From: Trypanosoma brucei | Lineage: Eukaryota | Reading direction: 5' to 3' | Assembly: GCA_000002445.1 (NCBI GenBank) | Contig: CM000207.1 | Coordinates: 2,368,001-2,432,000 of the forward strand | DNA: 64,000 bases | Shown: positions 44,901-58,800 of the stretch, one piece after another | Numbering within the stretch: position 1 is the stretch's first letter | How the letters are laid out: each line of letters opens with the position of its first letter | Made by a program: the position numbers and the translations under genes | The notes under the pieces: generated by a model | Told to the model about the DNA's origin: nothing | The model's input: only the letters and a program-made list of their open reading frames with translations | The model's database searches: none

Positions 44901-47363
44901 GAAAAGGAAATGTGAGAACGCAACCCTACAACAGCTTTTAAAATATCCCATGGACTAAAGCGTTGAATAGAATTGACGGGAAAATGAGCAACCTGACTGT
45001 TAGCAAAGACAAGGGAAACTATGGCAAAGCTAACCTAGTTAAGCTGTGGCATCGCCAATTTAATTAAAACAAGCCAGAGTGAAGAGAGGATGCCATTCAG
45101 AGTTATAAGAAAGTAAAGCCATGAAAGTATAATTGGCACGATTACTTTGTTAAATTACGATACAAATACGAGTAAAACACAAATAATAATTATGGGAGCA
45201 AGCCAGGAGTTACCTGTGAAGGTGAAATTACTGCTGATTATAATAGTGCGGGTGTCTCTCGAATGAAACGCGAAAACCGTCGGCACAGTACAGCGTCCAC
45301 GCACTCAAACTGTGAAAGAGGATGTCAGTGGGTCAACGGTGAGATTGTGAGGCCACATCGCAAGCCAGTTATCTAAAACAGTGTGGGATTTGTTCAAACA
45401 TTACCCAGATTATATTTGTTTCTGTTTGTAAACGTGTGATTAGGCACTAAACTTCAATTCTAGCAGTGTTTGAATCTGTAGTACAATTAATATTTACCCC
45501 TTTCGTTTGAAAGTTAGTATAACTCTACGGTTTTGTCGGTCATTCAACGTAGTCTTGAAAGGGCCCAAAAGCACAAATACGTGACTTCTTAACATTTCAT
45601 CAGAGATGCACTACACCACACGGGTGAGCACATTGCCGTAACTAGGGGGTAGGTTTACTTTTTTGACACAGCTTCAAAAAGGTAGAACCTCGAATATGAT
45701 GCAAGTGGACCTCAGGTGGGGACTATCTGGCGCAAGAAAACGCTAGCAGAACTCGGGTCTCTCCCTCGCTTGAGGTAAAAGTTGTGTTGCATTGCGGGCT
45801 TCGGTGACGATTGCTCACTCCTTATTCAGATTTTTGAGGTTACCAAGCATGTAAAGCTAAGGGAGTGCAGTTCTTTCTCTGTAGTTGTTGGGTGAGCGGT
45901 TATGTAAATGTGTATATCTTCACATTTTTATATTTAAATGTTGGCTTTTACGAATTTTTTTGTTTGCAATGGGTTGAAATTACACGGCAACGACGTGGTT
46001 CAAGGTGTGAATTTTACTGATTTAGTTTTTGACGCCATCTCAGTTAGTGAAAGGATACGATGGCGATCCGCAAAGGGGAGGAAAAGGGCTTCCAAATTGC
46101 AGAGACGTACCAAAAATTGACAGGAATTTAGGTTGCTCAAAGGAAAATAATTATAGATATTAAGCGGCAAGAAACTTTGTGCTGGAGAGGCTTCTGGGGT
46201 TGGATTCTGTTTGACAGAAACTGCACGCCATGGCTGATAAGTGAGCTGCTTCCCATGAGGCATAGACGGGTGAATAATGCTTCCCTCAGTTTTTTGAGTG
46301 GGAATTCGTCGCTGTAAAAGATTCACCTGGTGTGAAAAGAATTGATAGAGCGTATCCGAACATTTTAATTACTCCAATCTAAGGAACAAGAAGTGTGAAA
46401 CATCTGGTGAGGGTAGAACGTCTTGTTACCTTAGCTCCCTTGGGCGGAACACAGGTGTAGGGTCGTGTAAAAAAGGGACGAGAGGTGTGTCTTCCTATTG
46501 AAGTTGGAGGTCTCTAGCTGAAAAAAAAAAGCCACTGACTCTAGTGACACGAATAGTCCAGACAATATCCCTAGGCGCGCGCACCTCACAGGCCGGCAGA
46601 ATAGTAAAACTCAATTTTCACTACAATCCAGTTACCAAACTGTACATTTAATCTTACTCTTCCCACTGTAAAAACATATAAGTGTTATTCAACTCGGGTG
46701 CTGAATCCATACCAAAGCACATAGAGGTAACAAATAAAAGTCGCTATTTCTGAAAACTAATTCACACTTGCCTGCGAATGCACACCTTTCCTTTAACATT
46801 CGTAAGACAGTATAGGGTCCTACTGAAGTCCTGGTTTACACAAGATATTATATACGATTGGTCACGCAGTCACCTCTGCTGCTTTCCGGACAATAAAGTG
46901 ACTAACTGCGAAGCATGGCTCTCAATGGGAGAGATTTTCTAAGCGGGTTAAAGAGCCATACTATGGAGACTCATACATGTGTATATTATTGTTGGGGTGA
47001 TTCACCAGCCCTTTTTACAAAATGTATAATATCCTCTTGCATTTGGCAGTGAAGCATAAAAGCGTGCTGCTGTTGTACTGAATATATCCCCTTTCCTTTG
47101 CGGTACCCTCCTTTCTCTTTATAAATAATGAGCCTGGTGTGAATTAGAAGAGTGTGCGAATTTATCCAAAATAGAGTGGGTGTAATGGGAAGACACATCA
47201 TGTGGAGGACACTCCGTATGCTAGCAGCTGATGCTTACGGTGGAAGTGGAAGAAGCATTCAGTATCCGAGGCGTAGTGCCACCTTGCCATAAATTGGCTG
47301 TCGGAGTTGACAAGAGATCACTGAAGTGGCAACCCTCCAAGGGCCACTTAGTGAAGATGTGCG
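38905..47363 (+). repeat. Macro-repeat unit 1 (~8.46 kb) of a tandem triplication
   Basis: Sequence from 'tgtcgctaagacacacatgaaaacatgcacagtggtcgt' (38911) recurs at 47370 and 55824. ORF-track ORFs recur at offsets of +8459 and +8453. Sequence upstream of 38905 has no counterpart, so the array starts here. Confidence 0.9.
40372..41799 (+). CDS. Secreted Cys-containing GPI-type surface glycoprotein (475 aa), VSG/ESAG-like fold suspected; paralogue A
   Basis: Signal peptide 'MQGTMYWVVFLVAVLQGIHLVSG'. Early Cys in 'EFEALCRMINWAE'. 'AVDLLCLCAMHGSW' Cys cluster. Dibasic 'RQKRS'. Pro/Thr/Ser-rich stalk 'VPETPADPSDPTQSTT'. Cys-rich C-terminal module 'CDGENSACSDSP'. Hydrophobic tail 'INCPLGLILLLV'. 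Upstream polyY+AG 'cttcactttttggttcttttttgattttgctag'. Confidence 0.8.
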   Translation: MQGTMYWVVFLVAVLQGIHLVSGQEEILNEQEFEALCRMINWAERGLKHIKVTKRVTQEALKIGVRYLEVAGEENAAELAEAQDYSCTKRMEDRKRNCGLYKTFWEEAQRVLNKGVDSGERPERKKNGLREHSAEIRKKAMEVADIYHEIEAKSPSGQVEKIEEQLNKALYGRTHTAEEIREREERSRVCGKTLPNPPNREDQSLAVDLLCLCAMHGSWNGREICCADCTTGRNSEEWNPESNSAHRWEFLKQKCAGVIPSYGSTGERLRDAKQNFMDAVTKITTRRGEQLSKLGEKQNNNVKDCGADTSKSQGICMLYGAVDGVNLPWMKTLESVEDRIGLLMQESQDKTSKLERIKELSQEIESLIKGDTGRGRQQGRQKRSVDTENSVPETPADPSDPTQSTTDTNRKKQGERKPISTGNGASKSYGGDEVDSYDSKCDGENSACSDSPAKPTVKSSKSAINCPLGLILLLV

Positions 47364-50300
47364 CCATTATGTCGCTAAGACACACATGAAAACATGCACA
47401 GTGGTCGTACCAAAGTATCCTCACCAGCGTAGCAACACAAAAAGTTAATGGAAATTTCCTATGGAAGAGAAACCATGCGATATTCCGGTAAGGCACTTGA
47501 AACCCTTCAGTAGCAGGCGATATCCAAGGATTGTTAACAACATGGAATGAGAATCACAACACACAAGGGGGAAAGGAATCGCAATTACTCTTTGAATATC
47601 AATACTTTTAGAGGGTCGAACTATCATCTGTCATCTGTCCCACGTGGCACTCTCACACACCACATCAAGGGTGATGGGAGAAATTTTTTGTGGGAGCATA
47701 CGATGGCCGATGAGTTGGTGAGAGATCAATTATGTTTGCAACACTGCCGTTTTGGTTATTTTCTACTTGAGCACTTTTGATACAGTGGGCCATATCAGGG
47801 TTGTGCAATAAATGCGTAAAGTTAGTGGAGAAAAGTCTAACACCCTCTGCACCGCATCCTTACCAACAGAAGGAATGGCAGCAGCTCACTTAGATAAATC
47901 ACTTCCCCCTGACAAGAATAGTTTAACAGAGGGCAGGTGAAAGGCACAGTGTTCAGCCTTTTACTGTTAAAAGCTGCAGTTACCTCCCTTCATTTTCTTA
48001 CCAAACATCCCAAGACACAGCTTAAAGCATGGATTCTTTGTGGAAGACTTGACAGTGAGGAGAGGGAACGTGGATGGCTTTTCAGAAGGAACTGAATGTT
48101 ATAGCTGTGATAGGAATCCGTATTTACTTCAGATAACTCGTCACGAAGAAAACAGGGTGTGAGGTGTTGGGAGGACATTTGGGGTCACGGTAATGCGGAA
48201 ACGCGGCGACACCCACTCCATGTTGAATTTATATCCACACCGTTAATGTACTGGCAAATCGGATATCCGCAGCGCCTTCTTACCCATAGAGTGCAAAGTG
48301 AAGAATACAAACTGACATTGACACTCTTCATTACTTCCAACATGTATTACACACGCGTTACTCGGATGTAAGATATCGTGTGATTACAGGAGTTATTTCA
48401 AATATCAAGAGAGCTATGGAGAGTAATGGTTTCCTGATCTTTTTTCACCCATTCTGCCATTTCATATCATCTCTCCCATGAAATTTCGATGATATGGGGA
48501 AACAATGTGTGGTGGAGCGTATATGTAAAAAGAAGACCTGAGGGCACTTTCACCCTGGACACCTTGTCACACGAAATAGGAGCTATGGAAGACTTTCTCA
48601 CTGAGGGTTGAGCCCCTTCCACACTATTTCATGGGATTCGTGCGAAGGGAAAACAGAAAAATTATGTTTTAGCAGTAGTCATGAAGAGTTTAATTTTGTG
48701 TGAAGTAATAACCCTGAGAACACTGAAACACTTCCATGAGATGTGTAGAAGAATGTCAAAATGTCAAGAAAGCTCAAAATACTTCACTTTTTGGTTCTTT
48801 TTTGATTTTTCTAGAGGACAAGGGTGAAACATGCAAGGCACTATGTACTGGGTTGTATTTTTAGTGGCGGCACTACAGGGTATTCATTTAGTGTTGGGCC
48901 AGGAGGAGATATTGAATGAACAAGAGTTTGAAGCGTTGTGTCGAATGATAAATTGGGCAGAAAGGGGACTGAAGCACATAAATTTGGCACGACAGGTTAC
49001 TGAAGAAGCTCTGAAAATAGGCGTAAGATATCTTGAAGTGGCCGGCGAGGAGGAGGTTACAGAGCTTACCGAACTGCAGGAGAAGGCGTGCATGAGCAAC
49101 AAGAAGACAAGTCACGAAAAGAATTGTGGACTGTACAAAACATTTTGGGAAGAGTCACAGGAAGCATTGAAGAGGACTGCCAGATCGCAAGCGCCTCATC
49201 GAGGAAGGAACAGTTTGCAATATCATACAGCGGAAGGAATTAAAATCAAAGTAATGGAAGTGGCGGATACGTATCACGAGGTCAAAAAAGAAATCTTGAA
49301 ACTTAGAACGGATAACATGGAGGAGCAACTCAATCAAGCTCTTTATGGAGTAGGACATTTTACTGGAGAGGTAAAAGGAGGGGATTCGGACCGAAGCAGA
49401 GTGTGTGGACAAAACCTGGGCAACCGCGACGCCACTGGAGGTTGGTCACTAGCCGTGGATTTGTTGTGCTTGTGTGCGAGGCACATATCCTGGAGCAGCG
49501 TGAAGAGTGTATGCTGTGAGGAGTGCGGTACGGGAGAGAACAGCAACACATGGAACCCAGCATTAGACGGAGCACTACACTGGGAATTTCTAAAAGAGAA
49601 TTGTCCAGGTGATAATACAAATCACCATACAGAGGGCGAACAGCTGAAAAGCGCCAAAAAGAATTTTATGGCAAAAGTGTCTAAAATAGCCACTATCCCA
49701 TATAGAACTATGTACAAGCTTGGAGACAGTAAAAATATACAAACAAAGCAATGCGGGGCTAACATAGGCACTGGCCAGGGAATATGCGTGTACTACGGAT
49801 CTGATAATGGAGCGAATCTGCACTGGATGCAAGCGTTGGAAAGGGTTGAAAATGATGTTGAAGTTCTTCTGCAAGACAGTAAATATAAGTCGACTAAGCT
49901 AAAGAGGATTAAAGAGCTAAGTCAAGAGATTCAGAACCTAATCGAAGGTGGCACGCCGCGGGGAAGACAGAAACGGAGTGTGGATACCGAGAACAGTGTC
50001 CCAGAAACCCCAGCTGACCCGAGCGATCCAACACAGTCAACCACACATACCAATGAAAAAAAGCGAATTGTAAGAAAACCGATATCAACAGGTAACAATG
50101 CATCCAAAAGCTACGGTGGAGATGAGGTTGATTCTTACGATTCCAAATGCGATGGAGAAAACTCGGCATGCTCAGATTCACCAGCAAAGCCAACAGTAAA
50201 AAGCAGCAAAAGTGCTATAAATTGTCCACTGGGATTAATTTTGCTTTTGGTATAAACGAAAAGTTCCAACACAAGGTAAGGAAAAAGAGATGGAATTGGT

Positions 50301-53300
50301 TGTGTTTGCGGCATCTCAATATTCCACACGGAGTGGGATGGTGTGCATTTCAAAACTTGTACAGGAGACATGTGATGCGTCAGAGCAATCGTGCTCAGCA
50401 GCACAGCCATCCAGGAAGCCTAAACGAAAGAGGGAAATGTTGGGAGGGTTTATGCTTCGTGATACTAGTAATGCGTGTTGTTGAGAACCTTTTCATATTA
50501 AAAGGAACACTACAAAAACTGAAAGCATTTACGAATGATGGGAAAGCTCATAGAGGCTATAAACGGCTAAAATGTACCGGCCGTACTGAGTGGGTGGTGT
50601 GAAAATAAAAAAGTATATGTTGTAGAGAATGTCGATACCGGAAGGCTACAAGAATGGAAGGAATAATAAATACAGAAAAAGAGACGCCATACTTTTCACT
50701 GAGCTATCTACAGGACATGGAAGGGATATTTCCAATGGGGAAGTTGGGAAGGTTAAAAAAAAAGGCGAAAACATATGAGTGATAATGTAAATATAGTCTG
50801 ATGGAAGGAAGTGTTGCTTTGGAAAAAGACAGACAAATAACTAAAAGAGGATTGACTGGAGAAAATGATGCCAGGCGAAACACATAAAAAAATGGGTTCG
50901 GGAAGCATGGATATTTCGAACTTGGAACATAAAGACAAAAGAGCAGGAAAAGTTGTGGGAAATGGCATGTTATATATTTGCATCGTTATAGCAAAAAAAA
51001 CTGTTTGGTGTGTCGAATGAGTGAAGGAACTGAGGCACTCAAGACCGCTGAATAAGAAAATGGAGAAGGAAAGCCACGGAAAGTAATGAGGGGATATCTT
51101 GAAAGCCGCGCACACAGACACGTACACTTGATAGCGGGGTGTGAAAAAGCAAGGAGTGGAACAAAAGCCTTCATCGCTATGATGGTTAAGAAATACGACA
51201 CCACCACAATGCGCTGTATAATTCAAAGCAGACGTATTATTAAAGGGATCGGTATTAGTGGAAATACCTGTGGTATTAACCTTTGCGGTGCTTGAAGTGA
51301 TGGCATGAAAAAGATTAGAGATACCCTCTTCTGTGTTGTGTCGGATACATGGAAAAAGAAAGTGTGTGCTTGGCCTAAGGATGTAATGTGCTAAACCATA
51401 AGGCAGTAATAAAATACCTCAAAGCAATTCTATCGCCAAAAGGAATCGATGATGCTGTGGTTCAGACGAGAAATATCACACTACAGAATCCGACATTGCA
51501 TGGGACGCAACTATGTGTCAACGCGGCGGTGATATAAGCTATCAAAGCAAAAAATGATGCAATTATGGGGATTTATCATGCAGCAGCGTTGTCTACCATG
51601 GAAAATGCAGTAACCACTGAAAAGGAGGAAACATGCTTCAAGGAGCAAAAAGTAGCAGTGATTGCTGTAACAACAAGATTGTGGTTGTAAATAAAAAAAA
51701 AGAAAAGGAAGCGAAACTACGACCCAAGGATATTTAGAGTAGTATCGAAACTGCCTAAACATCACTAATGAATGCATATTTACCAAATGCGAATATATAT
51801 GTATATGTGAATATATACGTACATCAATATTCTACAAAAATAGTGCTTTGCAGCGTGTGAGACTTTCAAAACATTTTTTGTGGAACACTTAAGCATAATT
51901 GTTGTTAATGGAAAACTGATCTATGGATACCTTCTTTTTGCTACATGTATTTTGAATTTGTTTGAGAGGAAAATGGTAACATCTCTGAGGTAAACTCTGG
52001 GACAATATAAAAGTGCTAAAGGAAATTTCTGGGTTTGACAGTAGCAATATCATGAACTAAAGAAGTGATTAAAAGATCTGTAACACGGGAGTATGTGCTT
52101 TTGCCATTGTACGATTTTCTTGATATATGCATTGAAGTGATTGATTGAATAGGGGTGCAAGTCTCATGAAACATGCTCTTCATTCAACCAAGGCTTTGTA
52201 AGAATATGCAGCAAAAGTCGAAAAATGACTGACTTGACAACCAAAATGGCGTCCCTATTCTATTAGTGAAAATTCGAATGAAACAGCACATAATGGAACT
52301 ACATGAAAATTCAAAGGAAATGTGATATCAAATTCCTAACCCGCTGTATCAAATTTCTCACACACCTTTCATAAAAGTATTTTTACATACATGTTTGAAT
52401 TGAAAACACTCGACAAAATAATTTATGTGATATGCATGTGAAATGTGTGATGAATTCTGCCCAATCGTGCTAATCTCTCTATTATTGTTAAACCTCACCT
52501 TACCATTTGTTTCAGTAAAGGCAAGAAAGCAATATTAAATGATGAAATACTGTTAAACGGTGAAGTTACAAAGGAATATCTTTTCCGCAACAGAGAGTAG
52601 CTATCTGAGAGGAGTTTAATGAACCGCGTACAATGATAGTGTCAGCACACTAAGTCTTGGAACAGCATAAACAGACTAGGATAACCAAAGGGGAAGAAGT
52701 GACACCTGGTGCTATGCAGTAACTAGCTTCAGAGGCAAAAAAAAGGCTGCTCAATCCTATGGAAGCAATGTAACCTCACAGCCGTAGCAGTAGCGTGAAT
52801 AAGAAAGGAAATGTGAACTTAGAAAAAACATATTGAACTCAAAGTGAACAAACAGAAGCAGTCAACCGCATAGAGGTATCAAAGGCATAACGTAGTTTGT
52901 TGGAAGGGGCGCCGAGCAAAATCAAGTTTTAGGCAGGTGATCCGGTATGGATGTATCACACTGCACATGGATGCCACAAACCAAGAGACTTTGAATAGAT
53001 GAAAGGAAAGATGAGAGACTTCGCGTCTATCAGGCGTGCTTGAGTTAGGGGCTGTAGTGGAAAGCAAACACAAACTGCTTACCCGAAGAGGGACAGTAGC
53101 ATGTACAATCCGAAATGGGTTTCAAACTATCTGGCACAATTCCATTTTGACTGGGTGTGAGAGAGAGTTCTTGGGACAGAGACAAACACGCGCGTTACTA
53201 TAACCTTACAAATGACTCGAATACAGATATCAAATGCAATATTCTAAATGAACAATAAAAACAAGGCTCAAGAGGCAACAATGCATAAGATTCCGTTGAG

Positions 53301-55817
53301 TTACTTTACGTTAGCGTGAGGGTAGGAAAGAAAATGAAGAGATTTTGTGAATCTGGAAAAGGAAATGTGAGAACGCAACCCTACAACAGCTTTTAAAATA
53401 TCCCATGGACTAAAGCGTTGAATAGAATTGACGGGAAAATGAGCAACCTGACAGTGAGCACAAACAAGGGAAACTATGGCAAAGCTTACATAGTTAAGCT
53501 GTGGCATGTCAATTTAATTAAAACGTGCCAGAGTGAAGAGAGGATGCCATTCAGAGTTATAAGAAAGCAAAGCCATGAAAGTGTAATTGACACGATTACT
53601 TTGTTACAATCCGATACAAATACGAGTAAAACACAAATAATAATTATGGGAGCAAGCCAGGAGTTACCTGTGAAGGTGAAATTACTGCTGATTATAATAG
53701 TGCGAGTGGCTCTTGACACAAATGCGAAAACCGTAAGCACAGTTCAGCGTCCACGAGCTCAAACTGTGAAACAGGATGAAAGCTGGTCAACGGTGAGATT
53801 GTGAGGCCACATCGCGAGTCAGTCATCTAAAACAGTGTGAATTTCGTTCAAACATTACCCAGGTTATATTTGTTTCTGTTTGTAAACGTGTGATTAGGCA
53901 CTAAACTTCAATTCTAGCAGTGTTTGAATCTGTAGTACAATTAATATTTACCCCTTTCGTTTGAAAGTTAGTATAACTCTACGGTTTTGTCGGTCATTCA
54001 ACGTAGTCTTGAAAGGGCCCAAAAGCACAAATACGTGACTTCTTAACATTTCATCAGAGATGCACTACACCACACGGGTGAGCACATTGCCGTAACTAGG
54101 GGGTAGGTTTACTTTTTTGACACAGCTTCAAAAAGGTAGAACCTCGAATATGATGCAAGTGGACCTCAGGTGGGGACTATCTGGCGCAAGAAAACGCTAG
54201 CAGAACTCGGGTCTCTCCCTCGCTTGAGGTAAAAGTTGTGTTGCATTGCGGGCTTCGGTGACGATTGCTCACTCCTTATTCAGATTTTTGAGGTTACCAA
54301 GCATGTAAAGCTAAGGGAGTGCAGTTCTTTCTCTGTAGTTGTTGGGTGAGCGGTTATGTAAATGTGTATATCTTCACATTTTTATATTTCAATGTTGGCT
54401 TTTACGAATTTTTTTGTTTGCAATGGGTTGAAATTACACGGCAACGACGTGGTTCAAGGTGTGAATTTTACTGATTTAGTTTTTGACGCCATCTCAGTTA
54501 GTGAAAGGATACGATGGCGATCCGCAAAGGGAAGGAAAGAGACTTCCGGATTGCAGAGACGTACCAAAAATTGACAGGAATTTAGGTTGCTCAAAGGAAA
54601 ATAATTATAGATACTAAGCGGTAAGAAACTTTGTGCTGGAGAGGCTTCTGGGGTTGGATTCTGTTTGACAGAAACTGCACGCCATGACTGATAAGTGAGC
54701 TGCTTCCCCTGAGGCATAGACGTGTGAAAAATGCTTCCCTCAGTTTTTTGAGTGGGAATTCGTCGCTGTAAAAGATTCACCTGGTGTGAAAAGAATTGAT
54801 AGAGCGTATCCGAACATTTTAACTATTCCAATCTAAGGAACAAGGAGTGTGAAACATCTGGTGAGGGTAGAACGTCTTGTTACCTTAGCTCCCTTGGGCG
54901 GAACACAGGTGTAGGGTCGTGTAAAAAAGGGACGAGAGGTGTGTCTTCCTATTGAAGTTGGAGGTCTCTAGCTGAAAAAAAAAAGCCACTGACTCTAGTG
55001 ACATGAATAGTCCAGACAATATCCCTAGGCACGTGCACCTCACAGGCCGGCAGAATAGTAAAACTTAATTTTCACTACAATCCAGTTACCAAACTGTACA
55101 TTTAATCTTACTCTTCCCACTGTAGAAACATATAAGTGTTATTCAACTCGGGTGCTGAATCCATACCAATTCACATAGAGGTAACAAATAAAAGCCGCTA
55201 TTTCTGAAAACTAATTCACACTTGCCTGCGAATGCACACCTCTCCTTTAACATTCGTAAGACAGTATAGGGTCCTACTGAAGTCCTGGTTTACACAAGAT
55301 ATTATATACGATTGGTCACGCAGTCACCTCTGCTGTTTTCCGGACAATAAAGTGACTAACTGCGAAGCATGGCTCTCAATGGGAGAGATTTTCTAAGCGG
55401 GTTAAAGAGCCACACTATGGAGACTCATACGTGTGTATATTATTGTTGGGGTGATTCACCAGCCTTTTTTACAAAATGTATAATATCCTCTTGCATTTGG
55501 CAGTGAAGCATAAAAGCGTGCTGCTGTTGTACTGAATATATCCCCTTTCCTTTGCGGTACCCTCCTTTCTCTTTATAAATAATGAGCCTGGTGTGAATTA
55601 GAAGAGTGTGCGAATTTATCCAAAATAGAGTGGGTGTAATGGGAAGACACATCACGTAGAGGACACTCCGTATGCTAGCAGCTGATGCTTACGGTGGAAG
55701 TGGAAGAAGCATTCAGTATCCGAGGCGTAGTGCCACCTTGCCATAAATTGGCTGTCGGAGTTGACAAGAGATCACTGAAGTGGCAACCCTCCAAGGGCCA
55801 CTTAGTGAAGATGTGCG
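47364..55817 (+). repeat. Macro-repeat unit 2 (~8.45 kb)
   Basis: Near-identical to unit 1 outside the central part of the embedded gene. Confidence 0.9.
48831..50255 (+). CDS. Paralogue B of the 475-aa surface glycoprotein family (474 aa)
   Basis: First ~50 and last ~95 residues identical to A; the middle ~330 residues are a mosaic. Confidence 0.8.
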   Translation: MQGTMYWVVFLVAALQGIHLVLGQEEILNEQEFEALCRMINWAERGLKHINLARQVTEEALKIGVRYLEVAGEEEVTELTELQEKACMSNKKTSHEKNCGLYKTFWEESQEALKRTARSQAPHRGRNSLQYHTAEGIKIKVMEVADTYHEVKKEILKLRTDNMEEQLNQALYGVGHFTGEVKGGDSDRSRVCGQNLGNRDATGGWSLAVDLLCLCARHISWSSVKSVCCEECGTGENSNTWNPALDGALHWEFLKENCPGDNTNHHTEGEQLKSAKKNFMAKVSKIATIPYRTMYKLGDSKNIQTKQCGANIGTGQGICVYYGSDNGANLHWMQALERVENDVEVLLQDSKYKSTKLKRIKELSQEIQNLIEGGTPRGRQKRSVDTENSVPETPADPSDPTQSTTHTNEKKRIVRKPISTGNNASKSYGGDEVDSYDSKCDGENSACSDSPAKPTVKSSKSAINCPLGLILLLV

Positions 55818-58800
55818 CCATAATGTCGCTAAGACACACATGAAAACATGCACAGTGGTCGTGCCAAAGTATCCTCACCACAGTAGCAACACAAAAAGTA
55901 AGGGTGAGTTCCTATGGAAGAGAAACCATGCGATATTCCGGTAAGGCACTTGAAACCCTTCAGTAGCAGGCGATATCCAAGGATTGTTAACAACATGGAA
56001 TGAGAATCACAACACACAAGGGGGAAAGGAATCGCAATTACTCTTTGAATATCAATACTTTTAGAGGGTCGAACTATCATCTGTCATCTGTCCCACGTGG
56101 CACTCTCACACACCACATCAAGGGTGATGGGAGAAATTTTTTGTGGGAGCATACGATGGCCGATGAGTTGGTGAGAGATCAATTATGTTTGCAACACTGC
56201 CGTTTTGGTTATTTTCTACTTGAGCACTTTTGATACAGTGGGCCATATCAGGGTTGTGCAATAAATGCGTAAAGTTAGTGGAGAAAAGTCTAACACCCTC
56301 TGCACCGCATCCTTACCAACAGAAGGAATGGCAGCAGCTCACTTAGATAAATCACTTCCCCCTGACAAGAATAGTTTAACAGAGGGCAGGTGAAAGGCAC
56401 AGTGTTCAGCCTTTTACTGTTAAAAGCTGCAGTTACCTCCCTTCATTTTCTTACCAAACATCCCAAGACACAGCTTAAAGCATGGATTCTTTGTGGAAGA
56501 CTTGACAGTGAGGAGAGGGAACGTGGATGGCTTTTCAGAAGGAACTGAATGTTATAGCTGTGATAGGAATCCGTATTTACTTCAGATAACTCGTCACGAA
56601 GAAAACAGGGTGTGAGGTGTTGGGAGGACATTTGGGGTCACGGTAATGCGGAAACGCGGCGACACCCACTCCATGTTGAATTTATATCCACACCGTTAAT
56701 GTACTGGCAAATCGGATATCCGCAGCGCCTTCTTACCCATAGAGTGCAAAGTGAAGAATACAAACTGACATTGACACTCTTCATTACTTCCAACATGTAT
56801 TACACACGCGTTACTCGGATGTAAGATATCGTGTGATTACAGGAGTTATTTCAAATATCAAGAGAGCTATGGAGAGTAATGGTTTCCTGATCTTTTTTCA
56901 CCCATTCTGCCATTTCATATCATCTCTCCCATGAAATTTCGATGATATGGGGAAACAATGTGTGGTGGAGCGTATATGTAAAAAGAAGACCTGAGGGCAC
57001 TTTCACCCTGGACACCTTGTCACACGAAATAGGAGCTATGGAAGACTTTCTCACTGAGGGTTGAGCCCCTTCCACACTATTTCATGGGATTCGTGCGAAG
57101 GGAAAACAGAAAAATTATGTTTTAGCAGTAGTCATGAAGAGTTTAATTTTGTGTGAAGTAATAACCCTGAGAACACTGAAACACTTCCATGAGATGTGTA
57201 GAAGAATGTCAAAATGTCAAGAAAGCTCAAAATACTTCACTTTTTGGTTCTTTTTTGATTTTGCTAGAGGACAAGGGTGAAACATGCAAGGCACTATGTA
57301 CTGGGTTGTATTTTTAGTGGCGGTACTACAGGGTATTCATTTAGTGTCGGGGCAGGATATAGTGAATCAACAGGAGTTTGAAGCGTTGTGTCGAATGATA
57401 AATTGGGCAGAAAGGGGACTGAAGCACATAAAACTAGCTAAACAAGTGACGGAAGAAGCTCTGAGCATCGGCATAAGATATCTTGAAGTCGCTGATGCAG
57501 ATAGCGCTGCTCAACTTGGCGCGGCAGAACACGATGCTTGTATGGATAAAAGAGAGGTTCGTGAAAAAAACTGCGGATTGTACAAAACATTTTGGGAAGA
57601 GTCACAGAGGCTATTAAAGGAAAAGCATGAAAGATCGCAAGCACATCACCGAGGAAGGAACAGTTTGCAATATCATACAGCGGAAGAAATTAAAAGCAAA
57701 GTAATGGAAGTGGCGGATATATTTCACGAAGTCAAGTGGGAACTCTTAGAACTCAAAGTAAATAATATGGAGGAGCAACTCAATCAAGCTCTTTATGGAA
57801 GGACATACTCCGCAGAAGAAATAAGGGAAAGAGAAGAGCGAAGCAGGGTGTGCGGACAAAGCTCGCGTAGTGAAATGATTATTGGGGGCCAATCACTAGT
57901 AATGGATTTGTTGTGCTTGTGTGCAATGCACAGTTCTTGGAAAGAGATGAGGGTATGCTGCGCAGACTGCACTACGGGAGAGAACGGCAACACATGGAAC
58001 CCAGGATCAAACGGAGCACCACGCTGGAAATTTCTGAAACAAAAGTGTGCGGGAGCCACCACTAGTTACGTTAGCGTACGCAAAACCCTGCGTGGTGCAA
58101 AACAGGATTTTATGGATGCCGTAACGGAAATAAGTGCAAACAGAAGAACAAATTTGTACAAACTTGGGGAAAAGCAAAACAAAGAAATAAAAGACTGTGG
58201 AGCAGACAAAAACAGCAAAGAAGGAATATGTGTGTTTTACAGAGAGCGTGATGGAGTGGTGTTTTGGATGAAAGCGTTGGAAAACGTGGACAACAAGATG
58301 GAAGTTCTGCTTCAAGACAGAACAAAGAAGACATCAAAACTTGAGAGAATTAAAGAGCTAAGTCAAGAGATAGAAAGCTTAATCAAAGGTGATACGGGGC
58401 GAGGAAGACAACAGGGAAGACAGAAACGGAGTGTGGATACCGAGAACAGTGTCCCAGAAACCCCAGCTGACCCGAGCGATCCAACACAGTCAACCACACA
58501 TACCAATGAAAAAAAGCGAATTGTAAGAAAACCGATATCAACAGGTAACAATGCATCCAAAAGCTACGGTGGAGATGAGGTTGATTCTTACGATTCCAAA
58601 TGCGATGGAGAAAACTCGGCATGCTCAGATTCACCAGCAAAGCCAACAGTAAAAAGCAGCAAAAGTGCTATAAATTGTCCACTGGGATTAATTTTGCTTT
58701 TGGTATAAACGAAAAGTTCCAACACAAGGTAAGGAAAAAGAGATGGAATTGGTTGTGTTTGCGGCATCTCAATATTCCACACGGAGTGGGATGGTGTGCA

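Noticed and set aside
42150-47360. Retroposon (ingi/RIME/SLACS) or RNA gene inside the 7-kb conserved spacer of the macro-repeat
   Set aside because: By eye I could not match any stretch to remembered ingi/RIME termini, to a reverse-transcriptase ORF, or to tRNA/snRNA/rRNA motifs. This is left as an open question in the findings rather than called as a feature.
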